From Bdellovibrionota bacterium (GTDB lineage: Bacteria > Bdellovibrionota_C > UBA2361): a stretch of 39,223 nt of DNA. Each line of letters starts with the position of its first letter. Position 1 is the first letter of the stretch. A program made the position numbers and the translations under genes. The notes under the pieces are model-generated. The model had not been told where the DNA came from and did not search any database. It worked only from the letters and a program-made list of their open reading frames with translations. Positions 1 to 8,775 of this stretch are shown here, piece by piece. The stretch lies in assembly GCA_044352465.1 (NCBI GenBank), contig JBILDU010000014.1:1-39223 (forward strand), in the 5' to 3' direction.

Positions 1-25
1 GAGGTCGTGATGATGGGGGAATCAC
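1..25 (-). CDS. Possible 5' end of a gene running off the left edge
   Basis: Minus strand reads AGGGGG-caac-GTG ATT CCC CCA TCA TCA CGA CCT (RBS-like site plus GTG start), divergent from the Nif3-like gene. Too short to identify. Confidence 0.25.
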
Positions 26-119
26 GTTGCCCCCTTCGGCAGCGTGGGGTTAAATCAAGGAGCGCGCTGCGCGCGAGCAAAGGCTCATCGAAGTTACCGC
101 TCACTTGTGAAGCCCGACC

Positions 120-881
120 ATGGCAAATCTCCACGAAATCACCACCTACCTCGACTCCTGGCTGCAAAAGGAGAGCTTCACCGATTCCTCCCGGAACGGC
201 TTGCAGGTTGAAAGTGAGTCGACTGAGGTCACGCGAGTCGCGCTCGCGGTCGACTCAGGCCTCTCCGTCTTGGAGAAGGCGGTTGCCTTAAACGCGCAGC
301 TGCTGGTGGTTCACCACGGACTTCTTTGGGGAACTGAGCAGCCGGTTGCCGGGACCTTCGGCCGAAAGGTGCGGACCTTGCTTCAAGGGGGGTGCTCGCT
401 CTACGGGTCCCACCTCCCCCTTGATGCGCACATGGAGGTCGGAAACAACGCCGAGCTTGCTCGCGCCCTCGATTTGACCGGACTGGAACCGTATATGCTG
501 TACAAAGGGGGCTTTCTCGGGATCCGCGCCCGCACACCAACCCCCCTGCCCTTGAGCTCGTTTGTCGATCGCGCCCAACGCTTCACCGGCGCAACGAGTT
601 GCCTCACCCTTCCCTTCGGTCCACCGTTGATTTCAACGGTGGGCATCGTGACCGGATCCGGGCTCCTCGCCCTCGAAGAATCAGCCCGCCTCAAACTCGA
701 CCTTTTTATCACCGGGGAACCAAAGCAGAGCGCATACCACGACGCCAAGGAGCTTGGGATTAATATCCTTTTCGCCGGGCACTATGCGACCGAGACGTTT
801 GGTGTGCGGGCAGTCGGTGCCCACCTCAGTAAAAAGTTTGGCATTGAGCCCCTTTTTATCGATGAGCCAACTGGGATATAA
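120..881 (+). CDS. ybgI: Nif3-like dinuclear metal center hexameric protein (YbgI/DUF34)
   Basis: NGLQVE, VALAVD, LVVHHG, HLPLDAH, GNN, FITGE and AGHYATETFG motifs; 253 aa. Confidence 0.95.
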   Translation: MANLHEITTYLDSWLQKESFTDSSRNGLQVESESTEVTRVALAVDSGLSVLEKAVALNAQLLVVHHGLLWGTEQPVAGTFGRKVRTLLQGGCSLYGSHLPLDAHMEVGNNAELARALDLTGLEPYMLYKGGFLGIRARTPTPLPLSSFVDRAQRFTGATSCLTLPFGPPLISTVGIVTGSGLLALEESARLKLDLFITGEPKQSAYHDAKELGINILFAGHYATETFGVRAVGAHLSKKFGIEPLFIDEPTGI

Positions 882-944
882 GATCGCCTGCGCGCGACGG
901 CATACACCGCGTGCGCTCAATCGTTGTTCAGATGAGTTTAAAGC

Positions 945-2108
945 ATGAAATTTCTCAAGGATCTTAACCTCCGCGATAAACGTATTTTAGTTCGAGCCGA
1001 CCTTAACGTCCCGCTCGACGCGGCAGGTAAGATCTCAGACGACAATCGCATCAAGCAGTTTGCACCGACGGTGAAAGCGATCCTCGAGGGGGGTGGACGA
1101 CCGATCGTGATGTCCCACCTTGGAGACGACGGGGCTCAATCGCTGGCGCCGGCGGCAGCCCGACTCGGCGAGCTGACCGGGACAAGGGTCACCCTTGCCC
1201 CAGACTGTATCGGCCCCGAGGTTGAGGCGCTCGCGGAACGCTTGCCGGCGGGAGAGATCCTGGTACTCGAGAACCTTCGTCGCCACGCTGGCGAGAAGGA
1301 GAACGATGGTGAATTCGCGAAGCGGTTGGCGCGCCTCGGACAGGTATTTATCAACGATGCCTTCGCCACGGCCCACCGGAAACACGCCTCGATGGTCGGC
1401 GTACCCAAACTCTTTACCGAAAAAGGGGCGGGGCTTTTAATGCAAGCGGAGATGGAGCATTACGAGCGCGCGTTAGTAAAGCCGAAAGCGCCCCTCTGCG
1501 TTGTTCTCGGAGGTAGTAAGGTTTCAACGAAGCTGAACCTCCTGCTCAACATCGCGCAAAAAGCCGACAAAGTAATTATCGGTGGTGCGATGGCGAATAC
1601 ATTCCTCGCCGCCCAGGGCATCCAAATGGGACGATCGCTCGTGGAGAAGGACCTTTACAGTAAGGTCATCGAGCTGCTCGGAACCCTCGCCCGGCGTGAC
1701 TGCAAACTGTACCTCCCGGTCGATTTCATGGTGGGACCGGGCCCCTCCGTGAAGGGGCTTGCTCGCGCAGTGCCCGCTCTCGAGGTCCCGCCCGATACTA
1801 TGGCCCTCGATATCGGCCCGGCGACAAGCCTCCTCTACCGGGAGGCGCTCCACTCAGCTGAGACCATCGTCTGGAACGGTCCGATGGGAGCTTTTGAGAA
1901 CGAGGACTACGCGAAAGGCACCACCGATATGATCGAGAGCCTCGCCAGCGCACACGGCTTTACGGTGGTTGGTGGCGGAGATACCGATGCGGCGATCCAC
2001 CAGATGGAGCTCGCCCATAAGTTCGACTACATCTCAACCGGCGGTGGCGCATTTCTCGCCCTGCTCGAGGGGAAAGGATTGCCCGGCTTTGCCGCGCTCG
2101 AAGGCTAG
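945..2108 (+). CDS. pgk: Phosphoglycerate kinase
   Basis: RADLNVP, LENLR, NDAFATAHR, GGSKVSTK, IGGAMANTF, WNGPMG, GGGDT, STGGGA. Confidence 0.98.
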   Translation: MKFLKDLNLRDKRILVRADLNVPLDAAGKISDDNRIKQFAPTVKAILEGGGRPIVMSHLGDDGAQSLAPAAARLGELTGTRVTLAPDCIGPEVEALAERLPAGEILVLENLRRHAGEKENDGEFAKRLARLGQVFINDAFATAHRKHASMVGVPKLFTEKGAGLLMQAEMEHYERALVKPKAPLCVVLGGSKVSTKLNLLLNIAQKADKVIIGGAMANTFLAAQGIQMGRSLVEKDLYSKVIELLGTLARRDCKLYLPVDFMVGPGPSVKGLARAVPALEVPPDTMALDIGPATSLLYREALHSAETIVWNGPMGAFENEDYAKGTTDMIESLASAHGFTVVGGGDTDAAIHQMELAHKFDYISTGGGAFLALLEGKGLPGFAALEG

Positions 2109-2256
2109 CTCAACGAGCAATGGGAACGGCGGTGCGTTTTGAGAAACGTTGCCGAAACCCCAGAAGTGAAGACACCTTCGGCAAGCGGCCCCGCATGCTG
2201 GACCGTAAGGTGATTTCGTAAATTGCTGCGCGGCTCTTTTTTATCGTTCCCACGGC

Positions 2257-2284
2257 TAAAGAGCGCCCCGTGCTCACTCGATAA
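2257..2284 (+). promoter_or_regulatory. Possible sigma28 (FliA)-type promoter
   Basis: TAAA-N16-CTCGATAA versus consensus TAAA-N15-GCCGATAA; lies upstream of the FlgM-like ORF. Spacer is one base long. Confidence 0.35.
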
Positions 2285-2558
2285 TTCAAATACGGTTGAG
2301 AAAGCTGCTTTCGAGACCGTGCGTGAATCCTGGAGACAGGTTTACAGGTCGATTAAGGGCCTGATTGCACATGGGGCGTGGGTCGGGAAAACCAACGCTG
2401 GGGGAGGCCGCGGAGCGAGGCAGTCGTTGGATTGCCTCTCCACGAGGCTGGGGGTTTTGGGGCCGTTTCGCTTGGGAGCGGCCCATCGGCCGGATTGAAA
2501 ATCCGGTAGGTCAAATCGACCACCGTGTCGCCACGCGAAGTGTAGGGGGTTTTGACGT

Positions 2559-2708
2559 ATGAATACCGCGCGAGTTTCCTCTGTCCTCGCCAAGCAACTG
2601 GCGACGATTCGCCGAAAAAAGATCCAAAAACTGAAATCCCGCATCGCTGCCGGTCGCTACACGGTGAGCAATACCGCGCTTGCCAAAGCACTTTTCCTCG
2701 CTCGATAA
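2559..2708 (+). CDS. flgM: Small FlgM-like anti-sigma28 protein (49 aa, below the ORF-track cutoff)
   Basis: Hand translation MNTARVSSVLAKQLATIRRKKIQKLKSRIAAGRYTVSNTALAKALFLAR*. RBS AGGGGG at 2544-2549. Matches the FlgM C-terminal pattern (K-V/I-x-x-L-K-x-x-I-x-x-G-x-Y-x-V-D/S-x-x-x-I/L-A-x-x-L). Confidence 0.75.
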   Translation: MNTARVSSVLAKQLATIRRKKIQKLKSRIAAGRYTVSNTALAKALFLAR

Positions 2709-2755
2709 TTAGCGACGGGTGGATTTTCGCCCGTGAAGCGCGACGCAGTTCGGCG

Positions 2756-3436
2756 ATGTGGAAAAAAGACCGTCCCAAACTCGATGATTCGAAGGTAGGC
2801 GGCCTCGCCTTCTTTTTCTCCTTAATCGTCGTCATCCCACTCGCGATCTATGGGACTCTCTTTCTTTTCGTCCATACCGATCGTGCGGCGCTCGCCAATT
2901 TCGGACGATTTGCCCTCGGGGCGGTTGCCGGAGCCACGCTGGCAAAGCTCACTATCCGCGGACACACCTCGGTATTTATCCACGAGCTCAAACATTCGAT
3001 CATCGCTAACCTGGTCGGAAACAAAGCCACCGAGTGGCGGATCCGAAAACATGCGGGTCACTTTCAGTACGAGTTCACCGAAAAAACTCGGGGCTATAAC
3101 GCGTTCATATCGCTCGCACCTTACTGGCTACCGCTTTTCACACTTCTGACGTTGGGAGTGGGCTTGGCTGGGTGGCACTCCGATTGGACGACGGTGGCGT
3201 TCATCGTGGGAATCGGCTGGGGTGCCGACGCGCTCCTCAATCTCCGCGATATCGCCCCGTATCAGACCGACTTTAGCGACCTGCGGGGTGGATTCCCTAT
3301 CGGGGTCACCTACGTGACCGCTCTCAATTCGTTCTTAACCGCTCTGCTCCTCACCTTTATCGGGTGGGGCACCCACGGACTGAAACTCCTCGGTACCTCC
3401 GTATTCACCACGCTCCACCAGATCGTAATCCGGTAG
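2756..3436 (+). CDS. Membrane zinc metallopeptidase, M50/M50B-like
   Basis: Start moved to ATG 2756 (MWKK). Several TM segments, HELKH (HExxH), downstream SLAPY and QTD motifs. Confidence 0.75.
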   Translation: MWKKDRPKLDDSKVGGLAFFFSLIVVIPLAIYGTLFLFVHTDRAALANFGRFALGAVAGATLAKLTIRGHTSVFIHELKHSIIANLVGNKATEWRIRKHAGHFQYEFTEKTRGYNAFISLAPYWLPLFTLLTLGVGLAGWHSDWTTVAFIVGIGWGADALLNLRDIAPYQTDFSDLRGGFPIGVTYVTALNSFLTALLLTFIGWGTHGLKLLGTSVFTTLHQIVIR

Positions 3437-3703
3437 GGAGGCGCTCAAAGGACCAGCGCTCTTGCCTACCTCTCCCGGACGGCGTGCGCGCTGACCAAAG
3501 CGTATGCGACCGCCAAAAAAGCGGCGCGAAGACTTGCGCCCCTAGGCCGATGTGGTCACATACCGAATCCCCTTCCAAAACATGCTCCAAAAATAGGCTC
3601 TCCTCCGCTCCGGCGCCCGGCCTGCTATCCCTGGTAGCCTGAGCTGGATCGGCCTCCCCGAATCTGCTACACCTTCAGTTGAAACGCTTATAGCAGGATT
3701 TCT

Positions 3704-4288
3704 ATGCGTCACCTTCTCCTCGTTACACTCTCAGTCTTGGCACTCTCAGTCGGGCCCGTGAGTCAAAGTGCCGTGGCTGAAGACAGCGGTGTGAGCGCTG
3801 AATTTCTCCGCTTCGTTCGCCCTGCGCTTGTTATCGGTGCAGTCACTTTTCCGGATGCAACGTGTAACGAAAGCGTCTTTAAACCGTGTGTTTGCGCCTC
3901 GCAGACCCCCGCGGAGGTGAAATACCGCCCCGCTCTCGCCAAATGCAAGGGCCGCGCGGGTGTTGTGCTGGAGGGGAGTCTCCGCACCGCCTTCAGCGTC
4001 GTTTTCCGTGACCGCGCGAACCGCGACCGCTACGCCCCCCCCGGCTGGAACGGATGTACCTCCGCCGAGGTGAATATGGGGCTCGCCCGTTGTAGCTACT
4101 ACAAAGCCCAGAAGGTCTACCGGACAGCACGGGCAACGACCTACTGCTTCCCGTTCAGCGGAACCTCGCGACAGATGGCCAAAGCCTCCCGTCTCACGAT
4201 TAAGTTGAAGGACTCACCGAAGGATTCCAACGACCCTCTCGTGCGGGTGTGTCTCCCCAACTTTAGTGCGAAGAATCCGATGAATTAG
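3704..4288 (+). CDS. Secreted cysteine-rich hypothetical protein
   Basis: RBS AGGA; signal peptide ending AVA|E; 8 Cys in the mature part. Confidence 0.8.
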   Translation: MRHLLLVTLSVLALSVGPVSQSAVAEDSGVSAEFLRFVRPALVIGAVTFPDATCNESVFKPCVCASQTPAEVKYRPALAKCKGRAGVVLEGSLRTAFSVVFRDRANRDRYAPPGWNGCTSAEVNMGLARCSYYKAQKVYRTARATTYCFPFSGTSRQMAKASRLTIKLKDSPKDSNDPLVRVCLPNFSAKNPMN

Positions 4289-5060
4289 AGGGGGCGTCAG
4301 CGGGCCTCAGTGAAAGCTCAGGCGGATACCGCACCCAGTCGAGACACAGCGCATAAGGTGGCGCGGTCATTCCTGCGGCCCGCCTATCGCGGGCGGCGAG
4401 TATCTCGCCGATTGAGTCGGCGGGGAGCGTCCCCCGTCCTATCTCGACCAACGTTCCCACGATGTTGCGGACCATATATTTTAAAAAGCCGGTGCCGACG
4501 ATCCGATAGGTCAATAGGCTTCCCTGTTCCGTAAGCTCACTCTCAAGCACCCGCTTGATGGGTGACTTCGAAGCACACTTGGCCCCCCGAAAGCTGGTGA
4601 AATCGTGTTCCCCCGTCAGCATCGCGGCAGCCCGCTGCATCGCCGCGATGTCGAGCTGCATCGGGACGTGCCATACACGGGAGTAATCGAGTACCAACGG
4701 GGTATCTCGATTATCGATCCGATACGAGTACTGTCGTGCGATGGCGTGTTTGCGAGCCCGAAAGTCGAGCGGAACAAGATCCGCCGTGAGAACCGCGAGG
4801 TCCTGTTTCAGCAGGCTGCTCACGGAGAAACGCAAGCGGCGAAGATCGGGCAGGTCAGGTACGAGGAAATTAACGACCTGACCCCGTGCATGGACCCCCG
4901 CATCGGTTCTACCGGCGGCATACACGACCCGGATGTCCTGCCGTAGAACCACAGCGAGGACCCGCTTGAGCTCGCTCTCAACGGTACGGAGTCCGGGCTG
5001 ATACTGCCACCCCTGGAACGCCGCGCCGTTATACTCAATGATGAGACGAATGTTGTACAC
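4263..5060 (-). CDS. truA: tRNA pseudouridine(38-40) synthase
   Basis: IEYNGAAFQGWQ, AGRTDAGVHARGQ, GEHDFTSF, GFLKYMVRNIVG. Confidence 0.97.
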   Translation of the reverse strand: MYNIRLIIEYNGAAFQGWQYQPGLRTVESELKRVLAVVLRQDIRVVYAAGRTDAGVHARGQVVNFLVPDLPDLRRLRFSVSSLLKQDLAVLTADLVPLDFRARKHAIARQYSYRIDNRDTPLVLDYSRVWHVPMQLDIAAMQRAAAMLTGEHDFTSFRGAKCASKSPIKRVLESELTEQGSLLTYRIVGTGFLKYMVRNIVGTLVEIGRGTLPADSIGEILAARDRRAAGMTAPPYALCLDWVRYPPELSLRPADAPSNSSDSSH

Positions 5061-6087
5061 GACCCTTCACGAGGAGCTGGGCGATCTGGACCGCGTTTAA
5101 CGCAGCTCCCTTTCGCACGTTGTCCGCGACCACCCACATGTTAAGGCCATGCGGTACCGAGAGGTCAGCTCTCACACGCCCCACATGAATCTCATCGGTG
5201 TTCGCGATATCGATCTGGAGGGGGTAGTCGTTGTCGTCGCGGTGAAGCGCGAGGCCCGCTACATCGCCACAGATCCCAAAGAAACTTTCAACGCTGAGCG
5301 GGCGCTCAGTCTCAATATTGACGCTTTCGGCGTGGCTGTGAAACACCGGGACTCGCACGGCGGTTGCGGTGATCCGCAGCGCCGGAAGATCGAGGATCTT
5401 GCGGCTCTCGTCGATAATCTTGTGCTCCTCTTTGGTGTACCCATCGTCCAGGAAGGTGTCGATCTGCGGAATACAGTTAAAGGCGATCTGATGGGGGAAA
5501 ACCTCTTGGGGGAGCGCTTGCTGATTGAAGATAGCTAGCGTCTGTCCCCACAACTCATCAAGCGCCGCTTTCCCCGCGCCGGAGACCGACTGAAAGGTGG
5601 TCACGACAACTCGCTTCAATCCGGCGGCTTTATGGACCGCATGAAGGATCGGGACGAGCTGAATCGTTGAGCAGTTCGGGTTAGCGATGATCTTTGAATC
5701 CTCGGTCACGAGGTGTCCGTTGACCTCTGGCACCACGAGCGGTACCCCTTGCGTCATCCGAAAGGCGCTCGAGTTATCAATCACCACAGCACCGGACTCG
5801 GCGGCGATCGGCACGAACTTCTTAGCAAGCTCCGCGCTCGTCGCAAAAAGAGCGATGTCGACACCTTTAAACGAGTTTTCGTCGAGGAGCTCCACGACGA
5901 CCTCCTCACCACCGACTTCATACATCTCCCCCACGGAGTCCTCGGAGGCGAAAAGACGCACCGCGCGACACGGTATCTGCGCCTGACCGAGACACACCAC
6001 CATCTCGTTTCCAACGAGGCCGGTCGCCCCGACGATAGCGACTACAGGCTCCTTTTTGATAATCGGACCGGACTTACGACTCGTCAT
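5035..6087 (-). CDS. asd: Aspartate-semialdehyde dehydrogenase
   Basis: GATGLVG, DNSSAFR, ANPNCSTIQ, SVSGAG, DNVRKGAALNAVQIA; conserved asd-truA order. Confidence 0.97.
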   Translation of the reverse strand: MTSRKSGPIIKKEPVVAIVGATGLVGNEMVVCLGQAQIPCRAVRLFASEDSVGEMYEVGGEEVVVELLDENSFKGVDIALFATSAELAKKFVPIAAESGAVVIDNSSAFRMTQGVPLVVPEVNGHLVTEDSKIIANPNCSTIQLVPILHAVHKAAGLKRVVVTTFQSVSGAGKAALDELWGQTLAIFNQQALPQEVFPHQIAFNCIPQIDTFLDDGYTKEEHKIIDESRKILDLPALRITATAVRVPVFHSHAESVNIETERPLSVESFFGICGDVAGLALHRDDNDYPLQIDIANTDEIHVGRVRADLSVPHGLNMWVVADNVRKGAALNAVQIAQLLVKGRVQHSSHH

Positions 6088-6407
6088 TGATATCCTTATG
6101 AGTTAACGGGTGCACCGTTACGGTAGCCCCGAACTTGGGAACCCAATTAACCGGAAATATCCGAAAATAGTCAAGAATTGGGGGGGGCGAAGCGCCGATG
6201 GGCCTATTCTGCTCCCGCGATGGAGTATATACCGTGCGGCTGGGTTACGCCCCATCCTGACGGGTGCACCGAGCGGACTTACGAACGATACGGCCGTGTC
6301 GGGAAAAAAGAACTATGGTATAACCCGAGAGCTGGAAAAACCCGCGCCTCGGCGCCGAAATTTGATACCAGGCTCCCCCTCGTGGGGGAGCTAAGAAAAG
6401 CTTAGTT

Positions 6408-7211
6408 ATGACAACCGATTCCCCCACCCCCTCCCCGAATCAGCCCGGCCAGCTTCCCCGATTTAAAACCAAGGGGGGATTGGAGATACCGTCAGTCGAC
6501 TCCGCCACCCTTATCGCAATGCGTCGAGAGCTTACGGAGCTCAGCGGTATTTCTTTACTCCAGACATCTGAGGCTGCCGGGTATAGCATGGCGATGGTGG
6601 TCCGGTACGCTCTGGGTCTATCTGCGCAAGAGGGTCAGGTCTGCGTCATGGCGAGCGACAACCTGAGCGGCCTCGTTGCTTTGGCCACCCTGCGTCACTT
6701 AGTAAACGGCGGTGCAGCGGGAGCCGCGCTCATCTCAGGGGCGCCAGCCGCCCGCTCCCCCGAGCTCCAAGCCCAACTGCGCGCCCTCACCGCGATGGGG
6801 GTACCGATTGAAGAGCTCGAGCCCCTCTGTACGGAAGGATACCTCGAGCGGATCCTCGCTGATTGCCACAACGTGTTGTGGGGCGCCTCGGATATCACCG
6901 AGAATGCAGTTCCCCACCTCGCGGGTATCGTGGGTGTCTTAAATGAGGGGCGAACCCCCGTACACGCTATCGAACTACCCGCAGGCATGGACCCCGACAC
7001 CGGCAAAACGATCGGAACGGGACTCTTCGCCTCATCAACCCTCTCGCTTGGTCTTCCGCTCGCCGGGCTCTCCGGCGGTCGAGATCGGGTCGGGCGCCAT
7101 TACGTGTGCGATGTCTCTTTTTCTAAGGAAGTTTTCGCTCGAGCCGGGGTTGCCTGGACTCCGCTTTTCGCTGAGCAACCGGTTGTGCAGATCTTCCCGG
7201 TCGATAGCTAA
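6408..7211 (+). CDS. YjeF_N / NAD(P)H-hydrate epimerase-like protein (divergent, standalone)
   Basis: EAAG, LRHL, ELPAGMDPDTG, TLSLGLP and VGRHYVCD align to the NnrE fold; the GNNGGDG motif is not conserved. Confidence 0.75.
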   Translation: MTTDSPTPSPNQPGQLPRFKTKGGLEIPSVDSATLIAMRRELTELSGISLLQTSEAAGYSMAMVVRYALGLSAQEGQVCVMASDNLSGLVALATLRHLVNGGAAGAALISGAPAARSPELQAQLRALTAMGVPIEELEPLCTEGYLERILADCHNVLWGASDITENAVPHLAGIVGVLNEGRTPVHAIELPAGMDPDTGKTIGTGLFASSTLSLGLPLAGLSGGRDRVGRHYVCDVSFSKEVFARAGVAWTPLFAEQPVVQIFPVDS

Positions 7212-7400
7212 CGCGCCGGCCATCCCAGGCCATAGTGGAACCGGGAAAGGCAAACAACGGAATAGAGAGTCGCCCTCTGGGCGCGGCTACTGAGCAAGGC
7301 CACTGCGGCCGTGTACCTTATCGAATCGGTCGAAGAAGCGGGAAACCGCTGTCAGCACCCCCGGCGCTAACAGCGGTCACAAAACTATCGTCCAAAGATA

Positions 7401-7655
7401 CTATTGGGCCGGCATACCGTAGAGGGTCCAGCGGAATCCGTCGGTCGGATTTCCGTCGGTCAACATGATGACCCACCCCTCTCGCGGAGGAGACTGCTGA
7501 CCATCACTCAGAAGCTTTACCGCTCCGGTCTCGACCGCCTGAATAAAGTCGACCCCCCCCTTTCGGTCGTCCCAAGACTCGGGACGACGGGCGTCTGGAT
7601 ATCGCGAGGATACAAGCTTCGCTACGGTAACTTTAGCGGGGAGAGACTGCTGCAC
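7401..7655 (-). CDS. Hypothetical protein (84 aa)
   Basis: GTG start with a purine-rich upstream site; protein-like composition; co-oriented with the two upstream genes. Confidence 0.7.
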   Translation of the reverse strand: MQQSLPAKVTVAKLVSSRYPDARRPESWDDRKGGVDFIQAVETGAVKLLSDGQQSPPREGWVIMLTDGNPTDGFRWTLYGMPAQ

Positions 7656-7688
7656 GATGACACCCTTTTACTGCTACGCCTGACCTCA

Positions 7689-8072
7689 TTAAGCCTGCGC
7701 GTCCGGTTCTACCGTCTGTTGGACCTGCATCGCAAAAAACGGCGAAGGACCGTGCTTCACATCACGCATCATATCGGCCGCCTCGCGGGTCTCGACGGTG
7801 CTCCACTGGATGACCGGCTCGCCCCGCGGCCCTGGCTCTCCGATCGAGGTCGGAACCAAAAAGAGGTCCCCAGCCACGGCATCTTGTTTCGCCACCAGCT
7901 GCACGATGCTGACCGCCATCTTCTTGGTGTCAGCGGCACGCTTAGCCACTTTCTTCAAATCGTCCATCGAGCGGGAGATGACCCACTGGTTCCGGCTCAA
8001 GCCCGGGCATGCATACATAACCTTGCCGTTGTCGATAGCGCGCTCAAGTTCAAGGATCCAATCGATTGACAT
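7689..8072 (-). CDS. Hypothetical protein (127 aa)
   Basis: ATG start, globular alpha/beta-like composition, directly downstream of the IHF gene. Confidence 0.8.
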   Translation of the reverse strand: MSIDWILELERAIDNGKVMYACPGLSRNQWVISRSMDDLKKVAKRAADTKKMAVSIVQLVAKQDAVAGDLFLVPTSIGEPGPRGEPVIQWSTVETREAADMMRDVKHGPSPFFAMQVQQTVEPDAQA

Positions 8073-8125
8073 AAAATATTATCAGTACCAGTTGAAAAAT
8101 TTGTCAGCGAAAAAGAAGAAAAAAA

Positions 8126-8425
8126 CTACGCTCCCTTACTGGGTTCTTCGACATTATCGATACGCTCCTTGAGCTCCTTACCGACCTTAAAAAAAGGTAA
8201 TTTCTTCGGCGGGACAGCGATCTTTTCCCCAGTCTTCGGATTGCGGCCTTGGTACGACTGATACTCTTTGACCACAAAACTCCCGAAACCGCGGATCTCT
8301 ATGCGACCACCGCTCACCATCGTCTCCCGCATCTTTTTGTAGATGAGATTTACCACCTCTTCTGACTGGAGGACATTGATGCCGGTTCTCTCCGCGAGCT
8401 TCTCTATAAGTTCCGATTTATTCAC
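8126..8425 (-). CDS. ihfB: Integration host factor beta / HU family DNA-binding protein
   Basis: MNKSELI, RIEIRGFGSF, GRNPKTGE, PFFKVGKELKER; RBS GAGGTG. Confidence 0.92.
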   Translation of the reverse strand: MNKSELIEKLAERTGINVLQSEEVVNLIYKKMRETMVSGGRIEIRGFGSFVVKEYQSYQGRNPKTGEKIAVPPKKLPFFKVGKELKERIDNVEEPSKGA

Positions 8426-8775
8426 GCTCGTTCACCTCGAACAAAAAGTGAGATTTAGCTAGGGTCAGGTGCCGCCTAACTTGGCTTTATATACCGGGTC
8501 CGGGCCCGATTGTCATCAGCTAGTTAGGTCGCTTTGGCCCGACTTCACACCGTTATTTTCAACGGCTTATAATGGTCAGATGAGGCTAGCAGGAGTTTCG
8601 CCGCACTAAAAAGGATAAAATCTTGTAAAACCGTACCTTTGAATGCAAACCGTTTGGATTGTCTCATAAAATCGAGATGGCCATCGGGACGGCGTTCTAA
8701 TCGAAGCTCGGACTATCCCACTTAGCCGATGCCCAGAGCCTTTCTCGGAACGCCGAAACAAACTATCTTTCAAGA

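Noticed and set aside
2509..2518. GGTCAAATCG shared with 28640-28649
   Set aside because: A single 10-bp match in 39 kb is expected by chance.
2552..2755. N-terminal 68-aa extension of the 2552..3436 ORF
   Set aside because: Overlaps the better-supported FlgM-like ORF in another frame and looks non-protein-like; ATG 2756 is the more plausible start.
7404..8069. 221-aa plus-strand ORF
   Set aside because: Antisense to two more protein-like minus-strand ORFs; shadow composition.
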